Source: Planctomycetota bacterium (GTDB taxonomy: Bacteria; Planctomycetota; GCA-002687715; CAIWVZ01). From it: a stretch of DNA of 64,000 bases. The notes beneath the pieces are model-generated. The model had not been told where the DNA came from, did no database searches, and saw only the letters and a list, made by a program, of their open reading frames with translations. Location of the stretch: assembly GCA_044222185.1 (NCBI GenBank), contig JBGANV010000006.1, positions 32,001-96,000 of the forward strand, given 5' to 3'. Below are positions 17,900-26,075 of the stretch, piece by piece. The translations under genes and the position numbers were made by a program. The first letter of the stretch is position 1; the number at the start of each line of letters is the position of its first letter.

Positions 17900-19813
17900 A
17901 TGCGTACGCGCTTCGTGCTGGTGGCGCTGGTTCTGGCCGCTTGGGTTTCTGCACAGAGTGCGAACACGTCGCCGGTGGCACCCGCGCAGCCTTCGGGACA
18001 GGGGGCCTCGGCATCACCAGTCACACCCGTGGCGCCGGCGGCGCCCGTTGCACCGGGGACCGTGTCTGGCGTGGGCGCCGGCACATGGTCCGGCGCAGGG
18101 TCCGGCGCAGGGTCCGGCGCAGGGTCCGGCGCAGGGTCCGGCGCAGGGTCCGGCGCAGGGTCCGGCGCAGGGTCCGGCGCAGGGTCCGCGCCAGTTGCGC
18201 CTGGCCCTGGGGTTTCGGAGACGCGACCGGACGCCATCGGCGGAGCGACTGCGCCGGCGACCGGGATCGGCCTCGAGCCCGCGTCCACCACGATCGGCGT
18301 CGGGACGTGGGTCAGGGAGGCGCCCGCGGCGTTGGCGCCGGAGACCGCCGTGGAAGTCGGCGCTGGGCTGTCCGCCATCGAGTTGCCGGCGGAACTCGCC
18401 GACGGCGTCGGCGAGGAGGTCTGTGACGCCATCGAGCAGCTGGTCGATGCGTTGAAGGCGGACGCGCTCTCGAGCGAAGCCACGGAAGCGACGGGAAAGG
18501 ACGAGCGAGCTGCGGTCACGGCGCTGACCGAGTCCATGCGGCGCATCTGGGTGTGGAACGACGAGAGCATCCACGCGGTCGACGGCGAGAGGGTCCTCGT
18601 CGTCACGAAGCAGCCCGACGGCGGCCACACGGGGACCGTCAAGAGCGACGTGTCCGCACTGGAAGACGCCCGTGGCGCCATCGAGCGCGCGACGGAGTCC
18701 GTGAAAGACGGCATCGGCGGCCTGCCGAAAGGCGTCCGAGCGAAGTTCAAGGCGTTCTACGATCGCAAGCGCGCGGAGGTGGCGGCGCACGTGAAGGCTG
18801 CCATCGATCAGTGTCTTTCGAACGTCGCGTCGACGTCGGCCGCCCGGGCCGCGAGAGACCGCGTTCTCAACTCGGCGATTCGCGACTACCAGGTGGCCGT
18901 GCAGCGATCGGTGAAGGCGCGGGCGACCGAACCGGCCGAGAGATCTGCGGGGCCGGGCGCGCGTGATGCCGCGGCCCAGCAACAGGCGGCAGCGGCTCGT
19001 CTCGCCGAGGCGGAACGGGCCCTCGCCGACGCTCGCGCCCGGCTCGAGGCCACCGTGTCCAAGGAAGGTCAGGACCGCGCTCGCGCCCAGGTCGACGGTG
19101 CGTTGAGCGAGAGCATCCGCAAGCGATACCAGTCCGTTCTCGACCTCGCGCGCCAGGAATCGGACCTCACGGAGCAGGTGCGGAGCCGCGACAGCAAGCT
19201 CGCCGAGACGAAGGCTCTGATGGACGCGCTTCGTCTGGCCGAACAGAACGCGCAAGTCGGCCGCGAGGAGACCGAGCGGCGTCTCGTCGAGCTGAAGGAG
19301 CAACGGAAGGTTCTCGACCGCGCGATCGACGAGGCGACGAAGCAGGCGCTGCGCGAGAAGGCTCACCGACTCGAGGCTGAAGCGGCGCGCCGTCGCGCGG
19401 AAGCCGAGGCACGTCGTGCCGAAGAGGAGATGAACCGCGCACAGGAGGCGAAGGCCCGTGCCGAGCGCCAGGCCGACCGACTGGCCAACGGCGGAGCGCA
19501 GTCCTCGGGCACGTCGCCTCGGGGCTCCGGAGTGTCCACGTGGCTCGGCGGCAACGCGACGGCATCGGAGTCGCCAGCGACCCGGCCCTCCATCTCCCGA
19601 GCGGGGGGTGGACTCGGGCAGCGCGGGTCGCAGCCCTACCCGGGCGGTCGGCCGGGCGCGACCGGGATGGGTGGCGCAGCCGGCGGCCAATGGGCGAGCG
19701 ACAGCCTCCTCCGGTCGAACGATGCGGAGATCCAGCAGCTGCGCGCAGAGTTGGATCGCCTGCGCCGCGAGGTCGAGGAGCTTCGCCGCGTGGCGAATCA
19801 ACGCAGCCGCTGA
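17900..19813 (+). CDS. Secreted low-complexity/coiled-coil protein
   Basis: Signal peptide MRTRFVLVALVLAAWVSAQ; (SGAG)8 tract; long Ala/Glu/Arg coiled coil; terminal LRAELDRLRREVEELRR; 1 nt after the anti-sigma stop. Confidence 0.75.
   Translation: MRTRFVLVALVLAAWVSAQSANTSPVAPAQPSGQGASASPVTPVAPAAPVAPGTVSGVGAGTWSGAGSGAGSGAGSGAGSGAGSGAGSGAGSGAGSAPVAPGPGVSETRPDAIGGATAPATGIGLEPASTTIGVGTWVREAPAALAPETAVEVGAGLSAIELPAELADGVGEEVCDAIEQLVDALKADALSSEATEATGKDERAAVTALTESMRRIWVWNDESIHAVDGERVLVVTKQPDGGHTGTVKSDVSALEDARGAIERATESVKDGIGGLPKGVRAKFKAFYDRKRAEVAAHVKAAIDQCLSNVASTSAARAARDRVLNSAIRDYQVAVQRSVKARATEPAERSAGPGARDAAAQQQAAAARLAEAERALADARARLEATVSKEGQDRARAQVDGALSESIRKRYQSVLDLARQESDLTEQVRSRDSKLAETKALMDALRLAEQNAQVGREETERRLVELKEQRKVLDRAIDEATKQALREKAHRLEAEAARRRAEAEARRAEEEMNRAQEAKARAERQADRLANGGAQSSGTSPRGSGVSTWLGGNATASESPATRPSISRAGGGLGQRGSQPYPGGRPGATGMGGAAGGQWASDSLLRSNDAEIQQLRAELDRLRREVEELRRVANQRSR
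18087..18188. repeat. Perfect 12-bp tandem repeat (GGTCCGGCGCAG)x8 plus partial copy
   Basis: Read directly from the sequence; in frame, encodes (SGAG)8. Confidence 0.97.
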
Positions 19814-19832
19814 GCTGTGGCGGTCGTGAAGG

Positions 19833-20549
19833 TCAGGCGTCGTCGCGCGTGATCGTGCGTGTGGCGCCGCCCGGCAGACCTACGATCAGGAGCGCGGCCA
19901 TGTTGACGAACAAGCCGTGCTCGGCGATCCCGGGAACGCCATCGAGCGACGCGGCCAACCGACCCGGATTCGGTATCTGGCCGAATCGGCAATCGAGGAT
20001 CCAGTTGCCGTTGTCCGTCACGTAGGTCGCGCCGTCCTTCTGGCGTCGCAGGCCGGGCTCGCCGCCGAGCCTGCGGATCTCGTCAGCCACGACCCGTGAC
20101 GCAAATGGGATCACCTCGACGGGCAGCGGAAACGCGCCGAGCGTCGGCACGAGCTTCGTCGAGTCGGCGATGACGATGAACCTCTTCGCCGCGCGCGCGA
20201 CGACCTTCTCGCGAAGATGCGCGCCGCCGCCGCCCTTGATCAACGCGAGTCGCGCGTCGGCCTCGTCCGCGCCGTCGATGGCGACGTCGAGCGACGTGAC
20301 GTCGTCGAACGTCAAGAGCGGAATGCCTTCGCTCTCGGCCAGGCGACGCGTGGCTTCCGACGTCGGAAGACCCCGGATCTTCAACCCCTGGCGCACGAGC
20401 TGGCCGAGGCGCTTCACGGCGTAGGCCGACGTGGATCCGCTGCCGAGGCCGACGATCATGCCGGACTGGACGAACTCGGCGGACTTGTCCCCGGCGGCTT
20501 TCTTCTGGGCTTCGAGATCGTTCATGGGCGACGGTGTCGGTTGGGGCAT
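19833..20549 (-). CDS. rpiA: Ribose-5-phosphate isomerase A
   Basis: VGLGSGST, DGADE, IKGGGGAHLREK, PLPVEV, TDNGNWILD; start 20549 or 20525. Confidence 0.96.
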   Translation of the reverse strand: MPQPTPSPMNDLEAQKKAAGDKSAEFVQSGMIVGLGSGSTSAYAVKRLGQLVRQGLKIRGLPTSEATRRLAESEGIPLLTFDDVTSLDVAIDGADEADARLALIKGGGGAHLREKVVARAAKRFIVIADSTKLVPTLGAFPLPVEVIPFASRVVADEIRRLGGEPGLRRQKDGATYVTDNGNWILDCRFGQIPNPGRLAASLDGVPGIAEHGLFVNMAALLIVGLPGGATRTITRDDA

Positions 20550-20560
20550 GACGGCGACCT

Positions 20561-21853
20561 TCAGCGGAGCGTCTTGAGCAGTTCCGCGAGTCTCGGCATG
20601 GCGCGGTCGATCTCGTTTTCGGACACGGCGCCCACGGAACAGCGGAACCACCCGTCGTTCGACCGGAAGTCGAACGATTGGAACGGGACGAGCGCCACGC
20701 CCGCGCCCTCGAGCACGTAGCGGCGGATGTCGTCGTTCGTCTCCAGCGTCCGACCGTCGGCGGTCGTGCAGCCGTTCGCCTGAATGCGCACGGTGAGGTA
20801 GATCGCGCCCATGGGCTCGATGCTCTCGACGGGCAAGCCCGCGCGCTTCATTCCCTGGAACGTGGCGTGGAGTCTGTTGAGGCGGCTCTGGACACCGTTG
20901 CGGAAGGTCCCGCGGAACGCCTTCACGGCTTCCACGTCCCCGAGGAAGCCAGCCGTCGCGACCTGCTCGGCGCGAGGGGCCCACGCTCCCACGTGACCGA
21001 GGATGTCCGACATGCGCGAGATCACGGCGGGCGGCCCGAGGCCCCACCCGACCCGCACGCCCGTGGCCGCGAACGCCTTCGAGATGCCGTCCACGAAAAT
21101 GGTGTATGGCGCCATTGCGGGGCGGAGGCTGACGGGGTTCACGTGCGTGACCGCGCCGAACGTCAGCATCCAATACACCTGGTCGTACATGACGTAGAGA
21201 GGCTTGCGCGCGGAGCCGCGGCGCCGGTTCTCGTCGAGGACGGCATCGCAGATGGCAGTGAGCGCATCGGCGGTGAACGCCGTGCCGGTGGGATTCAGCG
21301 GGGAGCAAAGCGCGAGGAGGCGAGCGTCGGCGAGGTGCGGGCGGAGCAACTCGGCGGTCGGGAGGAAGCGCGTCGCGGCGCTCGAGGGGACGGCGATGGC
21401 GCGGGCACCGACCATGTGGCAGTAGTGGTTGTTGTTCCACGACGGCGCGGGGTAGACGACGACCTCGCCCGGATCGACGAGCGCGCGGTAGGTCGCGTAG
21501 ATGATCGGGCGCGAGCCGCCGGCGATCACGATCCCGCCAGCAGGGTAGTCCAGCCCGAACTCCCGCTTGAAGAGCGCGAGCACGGCCTCGCGGAGCGGTG
21601 CGATGCCGTTCGATGGTGGATAGTTGGTTTCGCCTGCGCGGAGAGCGTCGGCGATCCGTGTCTCCAACGGCCCGGGGATGCGGAACTGCTTTGCAGAGAA
21701 GTCACCGACCGTGAGGTCGAGGATCTCGCGGCCCTTCGCCTTCAGGTCGCGCACGTCGGCCGCGATCTTCAGGATCTCGGAGCCGATCAGTCCGTTCGCC
21801 ATCGTCGAGACGAGTCCGTCGGCGCGATGGGGTGTGTCGAAGCTCAGTGGCAT
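20561..21853 (-). CDS. PLP-dependent class I/II aminotransferase (aspartate aminotransferase-like)
   Basis: SPLNPTG, YDQVY, DGISKAFAATGVRVGW (PLP lysine), WFRCS. Confidence 0.93.
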   Translation of the reverse strand: MPLSFDTPHRADGLVSTMANGLIGSEILKIAADVRDLKAKGREILDLTVGDFSAKQFRIPGPLETRIADALRAGETNYPPSNGIAPLREAVLALFKREFGLDYPAGGIVIAGGSRPIIYATYRALVDPGEVVVYPAPSWNNNHYCHMVGARAIAVPSSAATRFLPTAELLRPHLADARLLALCSPLNPTGTAFTADALTAICDAVLDENRRRGSARKPLYVMYDQVYWMLTFGAVTHVNPVSLRPAMAPYTIFVDGISKAFAATGVRVGWGLGPPAVISRMSDILGHVGAWAPRAEQVATAGFLGDVEAVKAFRGTFRNGVQSRLNRLHATFQGMKRAGLPVESIEPMGAIYLTVRIQANGCTTADGRTLETNDDIRRYVLEGAGVALVPFQSFDFRSNDGWFRCSVGAVSENEIDRAMPRLAELLKTLR

Positions 21854-21916
21854 GCGAAGTCTTTCCAAAGGCCCGGAGGCGGGCAGCGCGACGCCGACGC
21901 CAGCGTCGCCGGATTC

Positions 21917-22267
21917 TCAAACAGCGAACTCCGTCGGGGGCTTCGGAACCGGTGGCGGCGCCGTCCCGGCGGCGTAGCCGATCCGCCGCAGCAGTGGGAA
22001 GCCGTAGAGCCCCAGGTTGTGGCCGTCGTCGAAGCCGATCTGGAATGCGTACTGGCCGACGGTCTTCAGCGACTTCACCTTGATGCCCGCGAACGTCTCG
22101 CGAGGCGGCGGTTCGGGCGCAACGCCGTGGCCGGTGCACTCGGCGCAGGGACACCGCGCCCGCAAGTGGTCCGCGGGGTAGTGCGTCGTCGTACCGTCCG
22201 ACCAGGTGATCGTCAGGACCTGATCGCCCAGGATGAGGTCAGCGCCAGTCGGAATGGGATCGGCCAT
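21917..22267 (-). CDS. DUF971/GBBH-N-like small metal-binding protein
   Basis: ITWSDG, LRARCPCAEC, VGQYAFQIGFDDGHNLGLY. Confidence 0.9.
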   Translation of the reverse strand: MADPIPTGADLILGDQVLTITWSDGTTTHYPADHLRARCPCAECTGHGVAPEPPPRETFAGIKVKSLKTVGQYAFQIGFDDGHNLGLYGFPLLRRIGYAAGTAPPPVPKPPTEFAV

Positions 22268-22390
22268 GGGGAATTGCCTCGCGCGGCGGTGCAGCGTCGC
22301 ATGCGCCTGATGCCGCCTCAAGGCGAGATGGGCCCAACTCCGCATCTCGGTATGCTCGCGGGCGGACCTGCAACCGCAGAACCTGACACC

Positions 22391-22738
22391 ATGCCAAGGA
22401 TCGAGACCGTCACGGTGCGGATCACAACGGGCTCTCGGGGCTGCGAGGCTCCCGTCCGGATTCGCTTCAACAGCTTCGAGCTCCCCCTGAAAACCACCCA
22501 CGGGGGGACGGCGCCTGGTGAGCGCTACGAAGGTACGTTCCGCCTGAGCAGCATCGGCCACAGTTGCGCGCTGATCGGCCCCCGCTCCGGGCCATGGGAC
22601 CTGGAGCGGCTGGAGGTCGTGTTCGACTACGGTCCCGCGCAGCCCGCCGCGGTGCACGATTTCGGGACGGTGATCCTGGAGATCGGTCAGGAACTCGACG
22701 TTCTGACGAAGCCTCCGCCGCCGGCGTTCGACGTGTGA
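22391..22738 (+). CDS. Hypothetical beta-rich protein
   Basis: 115-aa ORF with typical codon usage filling the gap between two minus-strand genes. Confidence 0.6.
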   Translation: MPRIETVTVRITTGSRGCEAPVRIRFNSFELPLKTTHGGTAPGERYEGTFRLSSIGHSCALIGPRSGPWDLERLEVVFDYGPAQPAAVHDFGTVILEIGQELDVLTKPPPPAFDV

Positions 22739-22764
22739 CGCGGGGTGGGGGCGTCGCGCGCCGC

Positions 22765-23367
22765 TCAGTGCGACGGCGCGTAGTAGGGATTGGCGCCGGC
22801 CGCGTGATCCGTCGAGTCGACGACGTTCACCACCTCGGGCACCTTCTCCTTGATCGACTTGGTCACGCCTTCCTTCAGTGTGGCACTGGAGCTGGCGCAG
22901 CCGTGGCACCCGCCGCCCATCTTGATGACGACCGTGTCCTTCGTGCAGTCGACGATCTCGATGAACCCGCCGTGTGACGCCACGGCGGGGTTGATCTCGA
23001 AGTCGAGGACCTTCTGGACCTTCTCGCGGATCACTTCTTCTGGCGGAAGCGTGGAGACGTAGCCCGGTCGAACGAGGGGCTGCCCGCTCGTGATCGCCGC
23101 GCGGATCGCCGCGCCGCATTCCTTGGCGAGGACGGCCCACTGCGCCTGTCCATCCTGGGCGACGGTGACGACGGGGCCCGTCATGACCACCTGGCGAACG
23201 CTCGCGAGCGCGAACAGGCGCTCGGGAATCGCCGAGCCCTTGGCCTGCTGGGCGTCGTTGAAGTAGGCGGTTCCACCGTCGTAGACGGAACGGTCGACCT
23301 CGAATGCGCACTTCCTGGGGTTGGGGGAGAGCCGGGCCGTGATGCGAATGACGAGCTGTTGATCCAC
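22765..23367 (-). CDS. Nfu-family Fe-S cluster carrier (Nfu N-terminal + NifU C-terminal domains)
   Basis: SPNPRKCAF...RLFAL N-domain; EINPAVASHGG, MGGGCHGC (CxxC), DSTDHAAGANPYY; GTG start with GGAG RBS. Confidence 0.9.
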   Translation of the reverse strand: MDQQLVIRITARLSPNPRKCAFEVDRSVYDGGTAYFNDAQQAKGSAIPERLFALASVRQVVMTGPVVTVAQDGQAQWAVLAKECGAAIRAAITSGQPLVRPGYVSTLPPEEVIREKVQKVLDFEINPAVASHGGFIEIVDCTKDTVVIKMGGGCHGCASSSATLKEGVTKSIKEKVPEVVNVVDSTDHAAGANPYYAPSH

Positions 23368-23500
23368 GTTCACACTCCGCGACCTGGGATGAATGGGAGC
23401 CTCTATAACACGGCGGTCCACACGCGCTGATGCTGCTGAAAACGAAAACGGCCGGCAACCGTGAGGCTACCGGCCGTTCAATCACGCGCAGGGCGCGTGT

Positions 23501-23869
23501 CTACCAGCGTTCGCGATGACGCGGTCCGCCGCCGCCGAAGCCACCACCGCCTCGGCCGCCGCCACCACCACCACGACCACCACCGCCGCCGAATCCGCCG
23601 CCGCCGCCACCGCCACCCTGGCGGCCTGACGACGTCGCGAAATCGACCTTGATGGTGCGACCATCGATTTCCTGACCGTTCATTTCGGACTGGGCGCGAT
23701 CGCCGTCAGTGTCGTTCTTGAACGTCACGAAGCCGAAACCGCGCGAGCGGCCCGTCTCCTTGTCGGTCAGAACGATTGCGTCGGAGATTTCCCCGAAACG
23801 CGCGAACGCCTCGCGGAGTCCATCGGTCGTCGTGGCCCAGGCGAGCCCGCCGACGAAAAGCTTCTTCAT
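23501..23869 (-). CDS. RRM RNA-binding protein with Gly-rich tail
   Basis: RNP2 KLFVGGL, RNP1 RGFGFVTF, Gly/Arg-rich tail. Confidence 0.95.
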   Translation of the reverse strand: MKKLFVGGLAWATTTDGLREAFARFGEISDAIVLTDKETGRSRGFGFVTFKNDTDGDRAQSEMNGQEIDGRTIKVDFATSSGRQGGGGGGGGFGGGGGRGGGGGGRGGGGFGGGGPRHRERW

Positions 23870-24190
23870 GTGCACTCGATCCCTGTCAAGCACCTCCCAC
23901 GAAGAGAACTCGGCGATCGCGCAACGGCGCACGGTCTTCGGGCAAGTCCCGCGAGACCTCCGTGGGTTCGTTCAATCCGAAACAACGTTCCCATGGCAGG
24001 TCGCGCGCTTGGTCAGTTCGAACGGGCATTCTGCCTGACTGGAGCGAAACTCGCCCGGATGCATCGGGCCGGGGGTTGAACAGGGCGGATGCTACATGAC
24101 TTTCCACAGCCCCGCGAGGGGAGGTCTTGATAATTGTTGAGTGTTCTGCCTCAGGTTCGCGGCTCGTCGTTCACGTGAACGGAAGCCTCC

Positions 24191-25183
24191 ATGTCGATCT
24201 TCAGCCCTACTCCCTCGTACGAACCACCGGGCCGCCTCTGGCGGAACGCGCACGTCCAGACGGTCGCAGCTGAGTGGATCGGGCGCCGCCAGGCGAGGAT
24301 CGAGCCGACCGCGGAAGACCTGTTGCACCATGCGGATGGGACGGCCAGCCGGATCATCCGGTACGAGCCGAACGGGATTCCCCGTGGCGCGGTGATGGTG
24401 GTCCACGGGCTTGCGGGATCGGCGGACAGCCCCACGACGATGCGATTTGCGATGGAGGGGCAGGCGCGCGCGTGGCGGATCGTTTCGGTCGACCTTCGCG
24501 GCGCTGGCGGGACGCGCTCCATGCCTCGCATCTACACAGCCGCCGACGTCGACGAACTCGACGCGGCCGCACGTCATCCGTTCATCGCTGATTGCCCGGG
24601 ACCGAGGGTGGCGCTCGGACTTTCGCTCGGCGGCGGCGTCGTCATGCGATGGCTCGGACTGCGGGGCGAGAGTGCTCCGGTGGACTGCGCCGTGGTCGCC
24701 GCGCCGGCAGCCCACCTGCCTTCGTGTGCTCAGGCGCTCGCTCGATCGCGTCACACGCTCTACGACTTCCACTTCGCGGTGAAGCTCGGCCGTCGGGTTC
24801 GCGCCGTGGCGGCCGGTTCAGGTCGCCGGCCTCACGCTTTCTGGCGCCATCGATCGGTTCGCCGGCTCGACGACGATTTCGCCGCGAGCATCAACGGCCA
24901 TCCGCACGCGGCCGCGTACTACGAGGCATCGTCCGCGCACCATCACGGGAAGTCGATTGCGCGGCCGACACTCGTCTTCGCCTCCGACGACGACCCGTTC
25001 GTCCCCATCGGACCGCTCGTCGCGCACTTCGGCAGTCTGCCGGCGGTGGAGATCCGTCGCTCGAAGCATGGCGGGCACCTGGCATTCATGGGGCGACGCG
25101 CCGGCCGCCTCGCCTCGCTGTTGCCTGGCCTCGTCTTCGACGCACTCGACGGCCTCGGTCGTGGCGCTACCCTTCGACCATGA
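24191..25183 (+). CDS. YheT-like alpha/beta hydrolase
   Basis: NAHVQT, HGLAGS, GLSLGG nucleophile elbow, DDPF, GGHLAF. Confidence 0.88.
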   Translation: MSIFSPTPSYEPPGRLWRNAHVQTVAAEWIGRRQARIEPTAEDLLHHADGTASRIIRYEPNGIPRGAVMVVHGLAGSADSPTTMRFAMEGQARAWRIVSVDLRGAGGTRSMPRIYTAADVDELDAAARHPFIADCPGPRVALGLSLGGGVVMRWLGLRGESAPVDCAVVAAPAAHLPSCAQALARSRHTLYDFHFAVKLGRRVRAVAAGSGRRPHAFWRHRSVRRLDDDFAASINGHPHAAAYYEASSAHHHGKSIARPTLVFASDDDPFVPIGPLVAHFGSLPAVEIRRSKHGGHLAFMGRRAGRLASLLPGLVFDALDGLGRGATLRP

Positions 25184-25989
25184 AAGCCACGTCTGTCCGT
25201 TCCAAGTTCCTCGGGGTTGCGCCAGCAACCGTACTCATCGTCCTGGGCATCGCCGCGTGCGGCGGCTGCGGTTCGGGAGCGAGCGAAGTTCCGCCCCCGC
25301 GGACTCCGACGCCGATCGATCCCGCCACACTCGGCACCATCAAGGGACGGGTGTGGTTCGACGGACCGCGGCCCAAGGTCGGGATCATCGCAATGGGGAA
25401 CGACCCGGTCTGCGCCGGCACCGAGCACCCTGACGACCAGCTCGTCGTCAACGAGGGGCCGGGCGGGAAGCTCGTCCTCAAGAACGCCTTCGTCTGGATC
25501 AGTGACGGGCTCGGCGGGAAGGTCTATCCCTACCCCACATCTCCGAAAGTGTCGGATCAGACGGGCTGCATGTTCTCACCCCACGTCCTCGGCGTGCAGG
25601 TCGGCCAGACCGTCGTATTTCGCAACAACGACGCGACGGCTCACAACGTGAACACGCTGAAAACCACCACCGAGAAGAACCCGAAGTGGAACTTCACCCT
25701 CGCGTCCAAGGGCACGGAGAAGTCGCTGTGGTTCCCCGCCGAGGGCACCATGAAGATGGTCTGCAACGCCCACTCCTGGATGGGGACCTGGATCCACGTC
25801 GTGGACCATCCGCACTTCCAGGTGACGGGCGATGACGGCAGTTTCGAGCTGCGAGACGTCCCGGCCGGAACTTACACGCTTTCGTGCTGGAGCGAGTCGT
25901 GCAACCCGGGCCAGAAGGACGAAAAGAGCGTGAAAGTCGAAGCGAAGGGCACGACGCAGGTCGATTTCACGTTCCAGCCCAGGAAGTAG
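25180..25989 (+). CDS. Lipoprotein with cupredoxin-like and carboxypeptidase-regulatory-like domains
   Basis: Lipobox-like IAACGGC; DQTGCMFSPHV, HNVN, CNAHSWM, HPHF, DVPAGTYTL; ATGA overlap with the upstream gene. Confidence 0.82.
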   Translation: MKATSVRSKFLGVAPATVLIVLGIAACGGCGSGASEVPPPRTPTPIDPATLGTIKGRVWFDGPRPKVGIIAMGNDPVCAGTEHPDDQLVVNEGPGGKLVLKNAFVWISDGLGGKVYPYPTSPKVSDQTGCMFSPHVLGVQVGQTVVFRNNDATAHNVNTLKTTTEKNPKWNFTLASKGTEKSLWFPAEGTMKMVCNAHSWMGTWIHVVDHPHFQVTGDDGSFELRDVPAGTYTLSCWSESCNPGQKDEKSVKVEAKGTTQVDFTFQPRK

Positions 25990-26075
25990 GTGCTGGCGCT
26001 CCGGGAAGTTCGAGCTTCCACGGCCGACCCGCTCGGCACTAAGATGCCGCCCGCCGTTTTGCAGAGGTGAGCGCC

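Noticed and set aside
18087-18188. CRISPR array
   Set aside because: Contiguous 12-bp units with no spacers, in frame within a CDS; no cas genes.
23510-23620. GCC/ACC-rich microsatellite-like tract (also 54190-54520)
   Set aside because: Explained by poly-Gly codons of minus-strand genes.
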